This document shows, in pieces, positions 46,590 to 61,295 of a DNA stretch of 64,000 nucleotides; the first letter of the stretch is position 1; each line of letters begins with the position of its first letter. Source of the stretch: the human T2T-CHM13v2.0 reference genome, Homo sapiens. Below the pieces are notes generated by a model. The model was not told where the DNA came from, made no database searches, and was given only the letters and a program-made list of their open reading frames with translations. The translations under genes and the position numbers were made by a program. The stretch lies in the NCBI RefSeq assembly GCF_009914755.1, contig NC_060928.1. One strand, 5' to 3'.

Positions 46590-49500
46590 GATTTAACTTT
46601 TAAAATTGCCTAAAAACTTTGGTTTCATCACTTTGAATTTACAGACGAAAAAATTAAAATTAATTGAGTTTTATTATCTTAGAAAGACAGTAGAACTAGG
46701 GTTTGTCCCCATATCTGAGTACCTGTTTTTTCACACATTGGTAGACAACAATATAAAATCGTGACTTTATGCTGCATTGAAGTCTCATTGATGGTTTGTA
46801 CGTGAGGGGGAAAAAGTATTTTCTTTTGACGTTAGCCTTTTCCTGGTAGGCGTGCCATTCAGATTTTTAGAGGATTATGAGAACATCATTTAAAAAATAA
46901 AATTCTGCATAAGAGCTGATATAAATTTATTTTATATTCCAGTGTTTTACATTGATACAGTAATTGTAATATACTGAAATTATCAATAAGAATGCAAAAA
47001 TTAACAATAGACTTTTCACACTGAAATTCACTTTTTATTGTATAGGAGTAAAAAATTGTATAAGAAATTATATAAATAGAAAACATGCATTTATTAATAG
47101 CCCTTTATTTTATTTCCACCAGTTTTCCACTGTAAGTTTTCTTTCTTTCATGGCCTCTCAGATATTGGATATTACTATATTTAAAAGGAAGATTGTAAAC
47201 TTTCTCCAAAGCAAAATAATCTTCAAGTAAATTTTTATGATCCATAATTTTCCTATTCTGTGGGAAGGCGTTTTACCTATAACCACACACACAACATATT
47301 CTTATAAAATGTGTATGTTCCATTTCCTTTTATTTCTCATAATAATTCTTTCAGAGAGATTCCACTGAACTGACATGTATTTAAATAATGGCTATTATTA
47401 TTTCAATTCCATATGTGCTAATCAGCTGTACCAAAGCTAGGTGAAGGGATAGAAGACACTGTGCACACCCTTTATACTCCTGGAATAAGCTGTATGCTAT
47501 TTGACTCTAAGTATTCCAGATCTTATACCACCTTAAAAAAATAGAATGGAAATAAAATATGTAAAAGAAGAAATCTTTTATACTTAATCCAGGATTCTAG
47601 TGAGTAGCTTTTAAGAGTTAGGAAATGAAATCGGCTTTTTTTTTTTTTTTTTTTTTTTAATTTGAAGACAACCCTCAATGAGTGATTTTTCTGCTAGGCT
47701 GTGTTGAAATGAGAAACATTCCTTTCCAGGTCAGTAAGTTAATCAAGTCCAGGATTTATCTCTTTTGTCATTCATATCAGTCACAGATTAATTTGCATTA
47801 GGAATTTTTTTGTTTTTTTTTTCTGTTTCTTTTGGGGTTTTTTTTAGATTTTAATAGTCTTTTTCTGTGCTGAGTAATCCTCTTTTTAAGTTTGTGAAAC
47901 TAAATTTTTAATAAGCTATGCTTCTATTCTCTAACTAGAGGAGAAAGAACAGTCTAGAATATAAAACATCATTGCCTTTCACTAATGAACAGGCAGAAAA
48001 ATGAGAGAACTGGCATTCTTTTAGTAGCTGCTGTGTGCCAGACACTGTTAAGCACCTTACATATATCATTTCAATTACTTCTCATCTAAACTACTCATCT
48101 GGATATTGTTCCGATTTTATTGATGAAGAAATTGAGGCCTAATGGATGTGGTCATTCTTATATATAGTTTTATAATTTAAAATTGTTAGGGACATGATAA
48201 GAACACAGTTTTCCATGACTTTGAAGTTATTCCTTTTCAGTATTTTCTATACTATCTTTCTTACTTTTAAGTTTTTCTTTAAATTATGTTTCCCAGCAAC
48301 CCCAAATCTAATTCCTAAAAGTAACCACTTTTAACAGTCATGTTTTAATGCCACTTATATTTACTATATATAAGAAAATAAGATCTTTATCTACTGATCT
48401 GTAACTAGATATTTGCAGTTAAAATGTATTTTGGAAATGCATGCTAGTAAATATAGTTTACTAGCACGCCATTCCTCTTAGTAGTTACATATGGATGTAA
48501 CATCGCTTATTTGCCAATTTAAAAAAATCAAGTTTATAAATTTTTAAGATAGTATGATAACCAGATATGTATGCCTCTAGGATTTGGTATTATATTAATA
48601 AGATGTAGGTTTATAATTAATTCATTCTTAATAGCAGCAACATCTAAATTTACCATATTAAAGGTTTAAGGTTGTAGGTCTTTTTTAATTCTCAGAACCT
48701 GTTCGCCTATTGCTTGTATACCTTCAGTCCTCCATAGATTTGTAGGTGGAACTTTGCTCTTTTGTATTTTATTTATTTTCTGGAGATTCTTTACTTCTTT
48801 TGCTGGATTTACAGTTTATGTATTTTGTAGAAGAGTTTAGCCTTTTATCATTGTCTTTATTTTGCTAATTGATACTTTTATAACACGTAGCAAAACACAA
48901 AACCTCCTCTGGGCTAAATTTAATAATTGGATGTCTTATCATTTTGCATCCTTGTTTGTTTAAAATGAATGTTTAGAGAGACTCCAGTCTCTTTTTTATA
49001 GGTAGTAAAATAAGTGTGTCAGTCTTAATATTGTTCAACTAGTCAGCATAATAAGAACCAGAACCAACAGACATGGTACATTTTCTGTATCAGTTATTAC
49101 CTCTACAAAATATTGACCTGCAAAAATGTGTGTGTATAATATGGACTTGAGTAACAACCCACTTTGCTTTTTTGTTATAGTGACCCTTCATATTTTAGGA
49201 GGGAATTGTGATTTTTTGTTCCAGTAGAAGTGACAAAGATTTACTGACTCAGTGTTGCCTAGACTTTACTGTGACATTTTTCAGGATGGGCAAGTGGAGT
49301 TAAAGCTGCAGTTTGTTGTCTGGCTGTTTCCTGCTCTTTTGGAAGAATACTGCAATCAGTAACTGTGGGAAAGTGGCGGAACATTTTAGGGCAACTAAAT
49401 CTACTGAGAGAAATAATGTTATTTAATATTTGTCTTCAACAAGAGTAGATGTTTTATATGCCATCCTATAAGGATGTATACTGTAAATTTATTAAGCAGG

Positions 49501-50870
49501 ATAATTTTTTTTGTAAAAATACCATTTTTAATAAAATAAAATCCTATTTTTAGAAACTATAATCAAAATTAGACTGTGATTAATTCTCTCAAAACATTTA
49601 CTGTATTACTTTTTAAAAAGTAAAATGTAAAAGAAATACATCCTAAGTAACATGAGAAGCAATGAGTAAAAGCATGTTACAATGCTCCCAAAGATTTTTA
49701 TCAGTTTCAATATGCAGTTATATTATTAACCCTGTGCTCTTATCTTGGCTGAGGTTTCTCCATATTTTTCGTAATGACATATTGTGAAAACTTAAATAGT
49801 AAATTTTATTTTTTAACACTTTTACTCACAGTATTGAAGAGCTTGGAATCCTAGCTCTTGTGGTGGTGGTGGTGTTTTATTTTCTTTAAATATATTTTCT
49901 GGGTTCTTTTCCTTTCTTTTTTTTGAGGGTGGGGAATTATGAGATTCTTTGTCATAAAATTGACTACCAAGTAAGCTAAATGAGTAAATAGTAATAATTT
50001 GACAGAGGTCTTTATAAACGGAGGAGGACAACTTGACTTTCCAACTGCAAGGTTGTGATTAGAGTGCATACTTCACCTGAACCATAGTACATAAAAATGA
50101 AAATGAAATAATTATGAAAATAATGAAAGTGAATATGGTTTCTAGGTTTATAAATGAAGCAGGAGTGAGCTGACAATACTCATGTTTATTTTGAGCAACA
50201 AATGATTAATAATTTTAGGAAGGATATCTTTTGAATGTTTTTGTTGTTGGACAAAAATAAAAAGAATAATGGAAAATAGTAAGGAATCAAGGAAATGACA
50301 AAGAGATTTAAATAAGTAATCTATCACTCATACTCAGCCTCAATTCTTATGATTCTTAGGGCAAAATTAAATATTTTTCTATTTACTTGGCAGTTTAAAA
50401 AGGTTCGGAAGAAAAGTTCTAGCTTATGGAGGCATTTTCTATATGAGAAAAGCATAGAAATCTTAAAAAATTGTTAATTGTCCATTAAAAAGTGGAAATT
50501 ACTCTATTTTTGGGATCATATTGCAAGAATAATTGCTATCTCCAAACAGCACAAATGGGATAAGAAAAGCGAATAAAGGTACACCATAAATATAAGTCTT
50601 TCATGTTTATTCTGATTCCTAAATCATAAAATATCACTAAATATATGTATATTATTTCCTAAATCAAAAATTACCAAAATTCCTGTGCCTTTAACTGCTA
50701 TATGAAAGCACTTCTAATTGCAGTAGCCTTATCAGCATCCTTAGTTTTGAAAATATATCCCAAGTGGTAATGCTTCTGCAATTTGGAATCAAAACTCCTT
50801 ATAGACTAGTATTTGTTTGGGGGAGGGCTTAAAATATCATTGAGTAATGTTTTCAAAATAAATAACTTTT

Positions 50871-51203
50871 TTTTGTGTGTTTGTTTTGTTTTTGTTTTTG
50901 TTTCTGTTTTTTTTTGAGACGGAGTTTCGCTCTGTCACCAGGCTGGAGTGCAGTGGCGTGATCTCGGCTCACTGCAACCCCCGCCTCCTGTGTTCAAGCA
51001 ATTCCCTCGCCTCAACCTCCTGAGTAGCTGGGACTACAGGCTCATGCCACCAGGCCCAGCTATTTTTTTTTTTTTTTTTGTATTTTAGTAGAGACGGGGT
51101 TTCACCATATTGGCCAGGATGACCTCGATCTCCTGACCTAGTGATCTGCCTGCCTTGCCTCCCAAAGTGCTGGGATTACAGGAGGGAGCCACCGAACCTG
51201 GCC
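50871..51203 (-). mobile_element. AluSc-like
   Basis: Full dimer; perfect 17-bp TSD caaaataaataactttt at 50854-50870 and 51204-51220. Confidence 0.97.
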
Positions 51204-51695
51204 CAAAATAAATAACTTTTAAAGGTCATTTTAATAATGTTTAAAAACAAAATTTGTATTAAAAAAAGAAAAAATGTATTAAGCCAAAAATGAAGAATTA
51301 GATTAAGTATTCATTGTTAACAATTTTGTTCTGACATAGTTTCCATGTGCATATTGAAAAGGAATGTATTTAACACCCTCTAAAAGAACTGGAAAAAATG
51401 TGTAAGAGAAAACATAGCTTATTTTCTCTATTTTGGCAAGCATTCAAAGAGTGGCCTATAGTGTAGATAACTTCATCAGAATATCAGGAGGTTTTTTTAA
51501 GATACCAAGATAATGCATGGAGTGCAAAGTTTTATAATTAAAATAGGATTTTGTTCATATTATTTCATAAAATTTTGAATTATAGAATTTTAGCATTACT
51601 TTTACTTATATTTTTTACCCAGTCTGAAGATTAAAGATACATATTATTGTTGAAACCATCATGAAAGTTTCTTTGGATTAATTGATTAAATAAAG

Positions 51696-51873
51696 CAGAG
51701 GTCAGCAAGCAATGGTCATCATTATGAACTAAGCCTGTTTCAACACACTTTATGTGTTTATTGCTTTCTTGCTACAGTGACAGAGTTGAATAATTATAAT
51801 ATAACCCATCTCTCCTACATGACCTAAAATATTTACTATCTGAACTTTTAACAAAAACTCATGCTGACCTCTG
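51696..51873 (+). mobile_element. MER58A-like hAT-Charlie MITE
   Basis: Perfect 12-bp TIR cagaggtcagca / tgctgacctctg; internal cctaaaatatttactatctg. Confidence 0.85.
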
Positions 51874-52219
51874 AAATATTAATAAATACATGCTATACAT
51901 ACATCATCAGCCATATTATGGTGTATATTTAAAAAATCATTTTGTAGAAAAGCATCTGGACACCTGTATGCTCACCTAAGATTATTTCCATATATGCTTC
52001 CCTGAACTACAACATTTATATTTCTGTCATAATTATAACCACTTTTTCCCCCTGTAAGAACAGGTTTCATAAAACTGCTATTAATAGAATAATTAATGCT
52101 TTAATCAACTACTGAGCATTTGCTATAGGCAGAAAAATGTGTTAAATACTAATGATATGGAAGTGAATAATGTTCACAATCCAGTGGGAGGGTCATTGAT
52201 AATATAAATCAATCCATGC

Positions 52220-52419
52220 TGCTATGCACTGAATAATGTCTGCATCTCCCCACCCTTCCCCCCGGCCATATTGATATGTTGAAACACTAAACCCCAATGT
52301 AACTGTTTTGGATGAAATGAGTAAGTTTAACCTTAACTTATTTAAGGTTAAATGAGGTCATAAGGGCAGGGTTCTAATACAATAGGATTAGAGGCCTTAT
52401 AAGAAGAGAAAGAGAAAGC

Positions 52420-52492
<73 letters not shown>

Positions 52493-52676
52493 CCATATGA
52501 GAACATAGAAAGAATGCAACTGTTTGCAAGCCAGGTAGAGAGCCCTCACCAGAAACCAAGCCTGCTGGGCCTTGCACTGGGACTTGTAGCTTTCAGAACT
52601 GTAAGAAACAAAGTTATGTTATTTAAGCTTCCCTGTCTGCGGCATTTTGTTATGGCAGCCTGAACTGACTAAAATA
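52220..52676 (+). mobile_element. MLT1A MaLR solo LTR
   Basis: tgctatgcactgaat...aaatgaggtcataagggc...gagccctcaccagaaacc...gactaaaata; TSD catgc/tatgc. Confidence 0.9.
52420..52488. repeat. Compound (TC)n(AC)n microsatellite inside MLT1A
   Basis: tctctc...tctcacacac... Confidence 0.95.
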
Positions 52677-52724
52677 TATGCGTTGTACGCCCAAGACAAA
52701 ATGGAGTTTGGCTGGAAGGAGCCA

Positions 52725-53230
52725 CAACTATTCAGGACTCTCAGTTGCAAGGAGTTCAGACCTAACTAAAAATGCCTTAGAGAGAAGGAAATTTCTCTTT
52801 TAATGGAAAAGTCCAGGGTTTAACTAGCTTTGGGTATCTCTTCATTTGAGTATTACTTCATCAAGTGATGTAATCAGAAACCTGTCTTCCTCCACTTCTT
52901 TTGTCCTTTGTATTGGGCTTCATTTTTAGGTACACATACTGTCCCTCAGCACTACCAGATTTATTTGATTAACCTTTCAAACAGAGTTTTAAGATAACCA
53001 GCAAACTTTTTTCCATTGTTTTTAGCAAAATCTCCAGATTTGGATATCATTCACCTCTCTTGGATTGCATGCCTATTCCTAAACCAATCACAGTGATGAG
53101 GGACATGAAGTGGGCGCACATGGGTCACATACCTGCGCAGATAGAGAATATGAATAAGTGACTTTCCAGAGAAAAATCCAGGTGTTCTTATAGGAGTAAA
53201 TACTAGGTAGGCAAATAGATGTCGCTACAT
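52725..53230 (-). mobile_element. Old MaLR LTR (MLT1K-like)
   Basis: caggactctcagttgcaagg...cctattcctaaaccaatcacagtg...gggtcacatacc. Confidence 0.55.
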
Positions 53231-53897
53231 TCAATTAGCCTAAAAGCTGTTGTTCTCAAGAAACTTCAATAGTATACTAGTTCCATATATTTAGGATTTC
53301 CTCCAGTGACATTTTTTAAGATATTTTGGGCTAAAAAGAATGTAACTTTTGTGTTAGGCAACATACATGGGAAAAGTATTCTGCAGGAGAGGATTATACT
53401 AACTGCAATTTTTTTGCTAAATTTTTAATTTCTCATATTATGTACCTACTGGTAGTTAGTTAATTCAGAAATTTGAAACTTCCAACAAATATTTTGGTTT
53501 TTGTAATATCTCTGATAGTGGAAATGTCATAATTTGTATTGAATGTGACTTTTTTATTTAAAAATTTTTGAATTTTTTCTTAACATTAAAAATTTTACAA
53601 AACTCTATATCAAATTTGGATATGCGTACAAATATAGCATGATTTTAATATTACATTTGATTCTTTTTACTCATTATTAACTATGGGGTAATTTTAAGCA
53701 TTTCCAGATGAATATATAAAATTGTTAATATGCTGTAGGGATGTACTGTCTTTAAATTAAATGTTAAAAGGATTTTAACACTTCTGTACTTTTTAGAATT
53801 GTATTCCATTTTATGTTCTATTATTTTTTAAAATAAAAATAATTATGAAATTTGTATTATATAGTAATAATACCTGAGCCTACTTTTAAAGAAACTA

Positions 53898-54209
<312 letters not shown>

Positions 54210-57200
54210 TTATTCTTTAACTCATGTACGTAAGTCTATAGAAAGAAATGAGGATGAAACAGTGTTTTGAGGAAATAATTATCTAAGACTTATGACTTTT
54301 CTAAATGAGTTGTCTTTTCATTATTATTATTTTATGTGTGACTCTTACTATCAGCTGTATTAAAATATAATAATATTGTGTTCTTTGTGGCCAGCAGTGT
54401 ACTCACACATAGTATATGACTTGCCTTTAGGGTTCATACAGCAACCCTATCAAGTATGGGTACAATTAAGATCTACACTACGTAGATGAGTTTGAAGACT
54501 AGATGAGGTTAAGTAACTTGTAAGCTATAATAGCTGACAAGTGACTAAGAATTCATATTCAAGTTTGCCTAATTTCTAAGAGAATATTTTTAACGGATAC
54601 AAGCCTGCCTCTCTGCTTCTGTGATGCAATTTGAAAATTATACATTCAAAAAGCACTTTAATAAAAGCAAAAGTATATATATAAATTTTTTCACTAGTAA
54701 ATTATTTATTATTTTCTTTAACAGTAATGTTTTCTCATGCTTACCCATCAGTCATCAGTATTAACTATAATAAATTAAATTAAAAGTAAAAAATACACTT
54801 TGAAAAAAACAGAAATACACTTACACTTGGAAAAAATTAAGCTAAAGTTTGAGTTGTTTTTATGTAAATGTCCGTCTTTCTTGTTTAGCATTTTGGCTCA
54901 AAGCTGGGGTTGTGGTCAGTAGCAAGAAGGTCGTCATTTTTCTCTTAACTGATAGATTCATTCAAAAAGTTTTCTAATCAGTGATTTCCATCTGCTGAGT
55001 GGTATGGGAAATTGTGATATAAAATGGCAAACTATACTTTCACATGAATGAAGTTCCCAAATAAGATTTGTTTTAGTTCTTAGAGAACTCTTAAGTGTAC
55101 AGTAAACTTGAATTTAATTCAAACGAAACAAATAGAATGTTTGTATCTTTAAATTTTGAGTAGAGACATATTTTTCTTTAAATTCCTGATATTCTAGATA
55201 TATTTGGAATGTGGTTACTCACTGATATTAAAAAGAAAAATACCTGTTTCCTTGTCAATGTTGAAATTCAGGATTGGTGGTTGACTTAGTTTTCTCTGTT
55301 ACGTTTTCCCCAGTGGCTTGCAATGCATTTTCTTAATCACAGGTTTTTGATGTTGAAGTAAAGCATTAGATGCTTACTTTGTTGCCAAAAGGTCAATAAA
55401 ATGAAAGGGCAGTGTTCTAGTAAGGCATACTTTTCATCTTTCAGTAGACAATAACACATATTTTATGAATGCTTCTTAATGCTATCTTTTGGTGCTATCA
55501 CATATTTGTGACTGTAATACAGGATCTTAAAATGTCTTTAAAAACTTAGTATGACTCAGATTATGATTTCTATATGAAGCTAAACTTATATGTGACCATT
55601 TGTTGAGTGAAAAAGAAAAGTACAATGAAGGTACTTTTTTTTGTGGGGGGGGTGAAATATACAAAAGCCACATTCTGTGAGGCTTTTGTTCATTGTTGCA
55701 TGCAATGGCCTCAAGAAGTCCTTGAAGATTAGGGTAAATACTTATTGAGACCAATATTCCTTAGTTTTGGAATCCAAGCTTTGAAACCACAGGTAAAAAA
55801 TGACTATATAAGGGAGCTATTTGGTTCCTGGGTAAAATGAAAGTCAAGAAAAGATTTTTCTAAAGATATTTGAAAGGCATGCAAAAGATTTTATTTTGTT
55901 TTGTTTTTTACAGAAGGTATTTGTGTAAATTCTGGCAAGTTGAGATGTAGCTGTTGTATGCTACATTCTGAGACTGGGTCACTACTGACAGAAAGGAAAT
56001 CCAATGTAGGATTTAGGGAGTTACAGTAAAACAATGAATTTTCTAGCTTTAACCGTATTTTCACTCAGCATATACCATCATGCTTGCTAGTTGACTAATT
56101 GTTCATGTCAATTTAAACATTTTAGATGTCCATTTGGACATTTCAGCTGCTTAATTTTTCTCTGTTGCTATTTTCTCTCTCTGTTAAACTTCTGCTGCAT
56201 TTCTAAGCTGGCATGCTCTTAATGGCAGTCTCCCAGTATTCCTTTCCCCTTGCAAAAGCAGCAAACACATCCTTCAGTTTGCACACTCTTGCCAAATGTC
56301 TATTCTTTTGATACTTTTTATTTGCAAACGTGTTTATTTATCAAATGGATTAAAATGCTTGAAATACAGTAGCCAATAAAAAACATGTGTTTTTCCCCTC
56401 TCTGCTCTTGTGATTGTACTTCACTCTTAGAGTTCTCCATTTTCCCCATCATTTTTATATAACTTGCTTCCAACTGAGAATCCATAAGAGTGACTTTCCC
56501 TTAAGCTGACGCAGGTATTGCTCTATAATTAGACTATAGGGAATGCTGCAGAAGGAAACAGCCACCTTCTTTCATGCCTAAAGGGACTGTCATCCCTGCA
56601 GCACACTCAAACTTCATATCCCCCAAGAGCCCCAATTGCAGACATAGATACATAGATATACATATATGTCTATATATATATATGCCTTAGGTAAATAAAT
56701 GTTTATTTATCATTTCATATGTTCAAAATATATTGTCAATCAATGGTAACTCAAATCAATATCTGAGAGTATGGGAATTTTATTCACATAGGTATTGTTC
56801 TCTCTATAGATTCAGTTTTTTTAATGGGATATAAAAATTCTCATTTAACACCAAGAGTCAACAAACAAAATTGTCTTTTTAATACTATACTTAACCAACT
56901 ACAGTTACCTGAACATTTCTAAAATTTAATTTCTGAGAAAGTCAAGGCCTTCTGAATAATTTTGAAAATGTCCGCTTGCTTTGGAGAAAAAAGCAAACAA
57001 CAATGAAACATTCAAATTTTATAAATGTATGCATATTGCATTGGAAAGGGCTAAACATTTCAGACATATCTGTTAGAAAACCAAATGAATGCCCAAGTTA
57101 TTCCTTTTGACATCAGAGGTTGAGATTTAGACTAAATCTCTTAGGGACTGCAATAAACATTGGAGAGGAAGAGAGAGGAGTGCTTCTATCTGCCCCCATG

Positions 57201-57349
57201 GCACATTCTAGCATGGTATTGCAGAGGATCAAATGCTTGATGAAAGACACTGGAGGTTTGGTAGCAGCAATTCAGTGCTCTTACTGTATGCAAATCAACA
57301 CACAACCAGTAAGTCATTTGTCATTTTCCTAAAGTCAGTCCACCATAAT

Positions 57350-58790
57350 TTATGCTTCTTTTTGTATTCTTTTTCTTCATGGGTTGCACCACCATCCATT
57401 CATATTCCAAAGCTGGAGCCCACCTTATTCCCTCCCTCCTTTTAACTCCTGACATTTCAACTAATTATTAAGACTTGCCAATTTTCCACCTTAAATATTT
57501 CTTGACTTTACTTATTTTTTCCATCTCCATTATGAGCTCCTTAAGCCTTCAGGCCTGTGCTGTACCAATTCATTTTCTACAAAAATGACAGGCTTACCTG
57601 GATCAAAAGCAGTGAGACTGTATTGTTCCTTGCTTATAACATATTCTGTGATTCCATATAATCAGCTATATCAGTCCAGGCTCATATAATTATTAGCTGG
57701 ATAACCTTTACATAAATAACATAATTTCTCTAAGCCTTAGTTTTTTTCACTTAAATGGTCCCAGTAGAGTCATTTTGAAGATTACACAAGATAAGTTAAG
57801 GAAAACATATTGCATAGTGTTGGACACAGTGAAAGTGATGAACGTGTGTTAGTAACTATTAGTTATTAACATGTTATATACAATCTCTGTATTTGAGCCT
57901 TGCTTACCTTTCAACCTTTTCTCTTCTCAGCCTGTGCCTTCTAATCTAAGAGCACAATGACCTCCAGATCACTACGTTACCATCCTGTGTCAATTCCCTT
58001 TCTCTTTTTATCTGCCTGCCATGCCTTTTCTACCCTCATTCATTTCATCAAGCTGATTGACACTTGTCCCTTAACAATCAATTCTGGAGTCTCCTCCTTC
58101 AGGAAACCTGCCCTGAAAGCCCTTACTCTTCCCAGGTTAGGGACCTGTGTTGGTTTCCTAGAGCTGTTGTAACAAAGTACCACAAACAGGGTAGCTTAAA
58201 ACAACATAAATTTGCTTTGACAGTTCTAGCGGCTAGAAGTGCTAAGGTATCAGCAAGATACTGTTTTAGAAGGTTCTAGGGAAGAATCATTGTTTGCCTC
58301 TTCTTAGCTTTTGGTTGTGGCTGTTAATCCTTAGCATTCTTTGACTTGCAGCTGCATCTTTCCAATCTCTGCCTCTATTACCACATGACATTCTCCCTGT
58401 GCGTCTCTGTATCTGCATCCAAATTTCCCTCTTCTTATAAGGACACTGGTAAAATTGGATTGAGGGCCTACCCTATTCCAGTATGACCTCATCTTAATTA
58501 CATCTGCAACAAGTTTATTTCTAAGTAACATCATATTCTGAGGTCCTGGAGGTTAGCTCTTAAACATATCTTTTTGAGGACTACAATTCAACCTGTAATA
58601 GTGACCCTTATTTTCGTATCATCCGTGCATAGATGCACTAAACCTATCATACACTGATAACCTGTCCAGATGCCTGTCCCCTCTAAGAGATACTGAGTTC
58701 TTGAAAGCATGTCCCATGTCTAATTTGTATTTGTTCCCAGCAGTGGACACATGGTAGTCTTTTAATACATGTTGATTAAATGAATAATCT
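57350..58790 (+). mobile_element. L2 fragments interrupted by a MIR (~57670-57870) and MLT1C
   Basis: Pyrimidine-rich L2-like tracts ending tgagttcttgaaagcatg...cagtggacacatggtag...tgttgattaaatgaa. Confidence 0.6.
58146..58600 (-). mobile_element. MLT1C MaLR solo LTR
   Basis: tgtgttggtttcctagagctgttgtaacaaagtaccacaaac...ccagtatgacctcatcttaa...caattcaacctgtaata. Confidence 0.9.
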
Positions 58791-61295
58791 AATTTGCTAT
58801 TTAAAAAACAGGTCTTATGATACAAAAGATTACAAAGATTAAAAATGTCACATAATGTCTGATAACCGGCTTTATATTATCCCATTATTACAGAAAAAGG
58901 AAGCAGGAATACCTTGAATCGAGAACAAAGAGAAGTTAGTTCTTTTCCCAGGATCTTCATTGTTCATACAGCCTTGGGGAAATTACTTAATTTCTTCATG
59001 CATATCTATAAAATATAAATGAAAGAAATTATAGCTTACATATTCACTTTCAGATATTTATATTTTGCATTTCCCATTTTAGAACCACCAGAGACTCAAT
59101 TTAATCAGAAAGTAGAGACTACTTATGAAGAGCCTGGTATTCATGCTAGGCTGGGTCATGAAAATCAAGTGAAGATTACAAAAAAAAAAAAAAAAAAAAG
59201 CTGTAGTGAAGCTGGTTAAGAAGGGATACACCAGAGATTAGGAGGAGCACACATAGGATATGGACTGATTGGATATTGGGGGGACAGAGGAGAAAGATAT
59301 TCAGGGAGCACTCTCAAATGAATTTGTGTGGAACACACCTTAACCAAATGCCAAACACGATGCTATAGAGGCTGGAATCTAAAAGTTTAGGCTTTAGTTG
59401 AATGATATTCCTGAAAAATGTGTGAGGCTTTTTAACGTCTTTCTTCGTGTATGCATACCTCAGTGAGACCTTTTTTGAAATTATGATACTATGTAATTAT
59501 AAAATATTTACATTTCCTCTACAGTTTCCCACACCATGTTAACTTTGATGTAAGGAGGTAAAGCTCTGTTACAGTCCCTATTGTTTTACATGAGTATAGT
59601 AAAACTCAGAAGGATAAAGTTGTTTGCTTGCACAATTGTTACTTTGAAAATTGTCTTTTGATTCAGAATCTTTTTCTTAAAGCATATATGTAATTTTAAT
59701 CATACTTTCTCTGGCTATACCCACATGTATTCCTTTTTTAAATCTATTTTAAATGAATAGATTTTTATTTAGTCATTATTTATTTGCAAGGAGATCTCCT
59801 TAAAGCCAAAAATATTGTTTATGTGGAGATGGAGATGGTTTTAAATTACAGGCCAATTCTCCCTAACTAAATGGTTTCCTATTTTTGTCTCTGTTAATCA
59901 GGAGTATTCTAACTAAGCTGTTGATGAATAAAGTATAATGACATAGTGATATAAAGATTACCATGCATTAATAATCTTAGTAGATGGTGAGCCAGTGTAA
60001 AGGAAGAAAAGTGATTTTTACAGTGCTAAGAGGTGTCTTTCTTCTGAGTAACTTTCCACATTAAACCCAATTGATCAAAAATGAAACTGTGTGGTTTGGA
60101 TGTAGAATACTTTACTTGGTTGCCTGTGTAATCATTTTATTTTACTTAGAATCTAAATTAAAAACGTTAATTAGACCAATTGTCTTTAGAAACCCTGTTT
60201 TGTTTATACCTTTTCAAATAACTTACTTTTTACTATTTTTAAGTATGATCATATATATCTTAGATTCAGTAACCCATCATTTATTGAATATGTATATTCA
60301 ACTGGGTTATATGTTGTGTTGCCCTATACGTTATTACCTCAAAATAATCACTGATTAAAATTACAATTAAGTAAATATTAAGGCCTTGAGAGGTTACATA
60401 ACTTGTCTTGTTTCTCACAATATTAAATGTAGACTTCTGAGTTTATTCACTAATGTTATCTAACCTATTTGCTTTAGACTGAGTTTTTAAAAATTATTTC
60501 ACATTTTAAGCATTGTCAATATCCTGACATTTGCACATATTGCATTTTTTTAATATGCATACAATCTGTTGTGAATAATACAGAATAGATCCATTTAAAA
60601 ATAGTAAAGATAAAATGATCACTTTCAATTATTGACTTTTTCAATCAAAAACTAATAAAACTCTAACTACTATCCTGTAGTAGAATTATGGTTTCTTAAT
60701 AAAGGGAGACTATATTCTTGAAAAGATTGAAAACCACAGCCTTACATCAGAGCATTCTCCTAAGTAACATATGTGAATAATAAAGTCTACTACATAGTAG
60801 GTATTCATACAAATATTATTATTTTCATTGTGTGGTTGTGCGTTATAAGAAATATTTATGAAACTTTGTCTCTTTAAAGGAAACAATTATTAAAGGAAAG
60901 AACAGTGTTATGACAATATTAATATTGATTAATATTTTATTTCTGAAGTTTAAGACATAAAGTAGAGATCATGTATATTTCATTATAATATCTTTCAGAA
61001 CATTGCATTAGGCATTTGATTTCATACTTTATATTTCATATTTTTAACTTCATAATTATAAAGCAAACTAATAAAATACAAAAAATGAGCAATCTTATTT
61101 GGGATCAATATTAAAAAAGTTCCTTGACTAAAACTTCAAATTTTATGTAATATTCATTAAGTATGTATTTATCTGTTCTCAATGCAGGAAGAGGCAACAA
61201 ATGCCTATTATTGAAAATAGCAAACTAGAAAATAAATACCTTGTATTTATTCTTTCAAGTGTTACTTCTTACTTCTGAAAAGCAGGTTGTAGTAG

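Noticed and set aside
59180-59199. Orphan poly(A) run as a possible retrocopy tail
   Set aside because: No upstream element body, poly(A) signal or TSD seen
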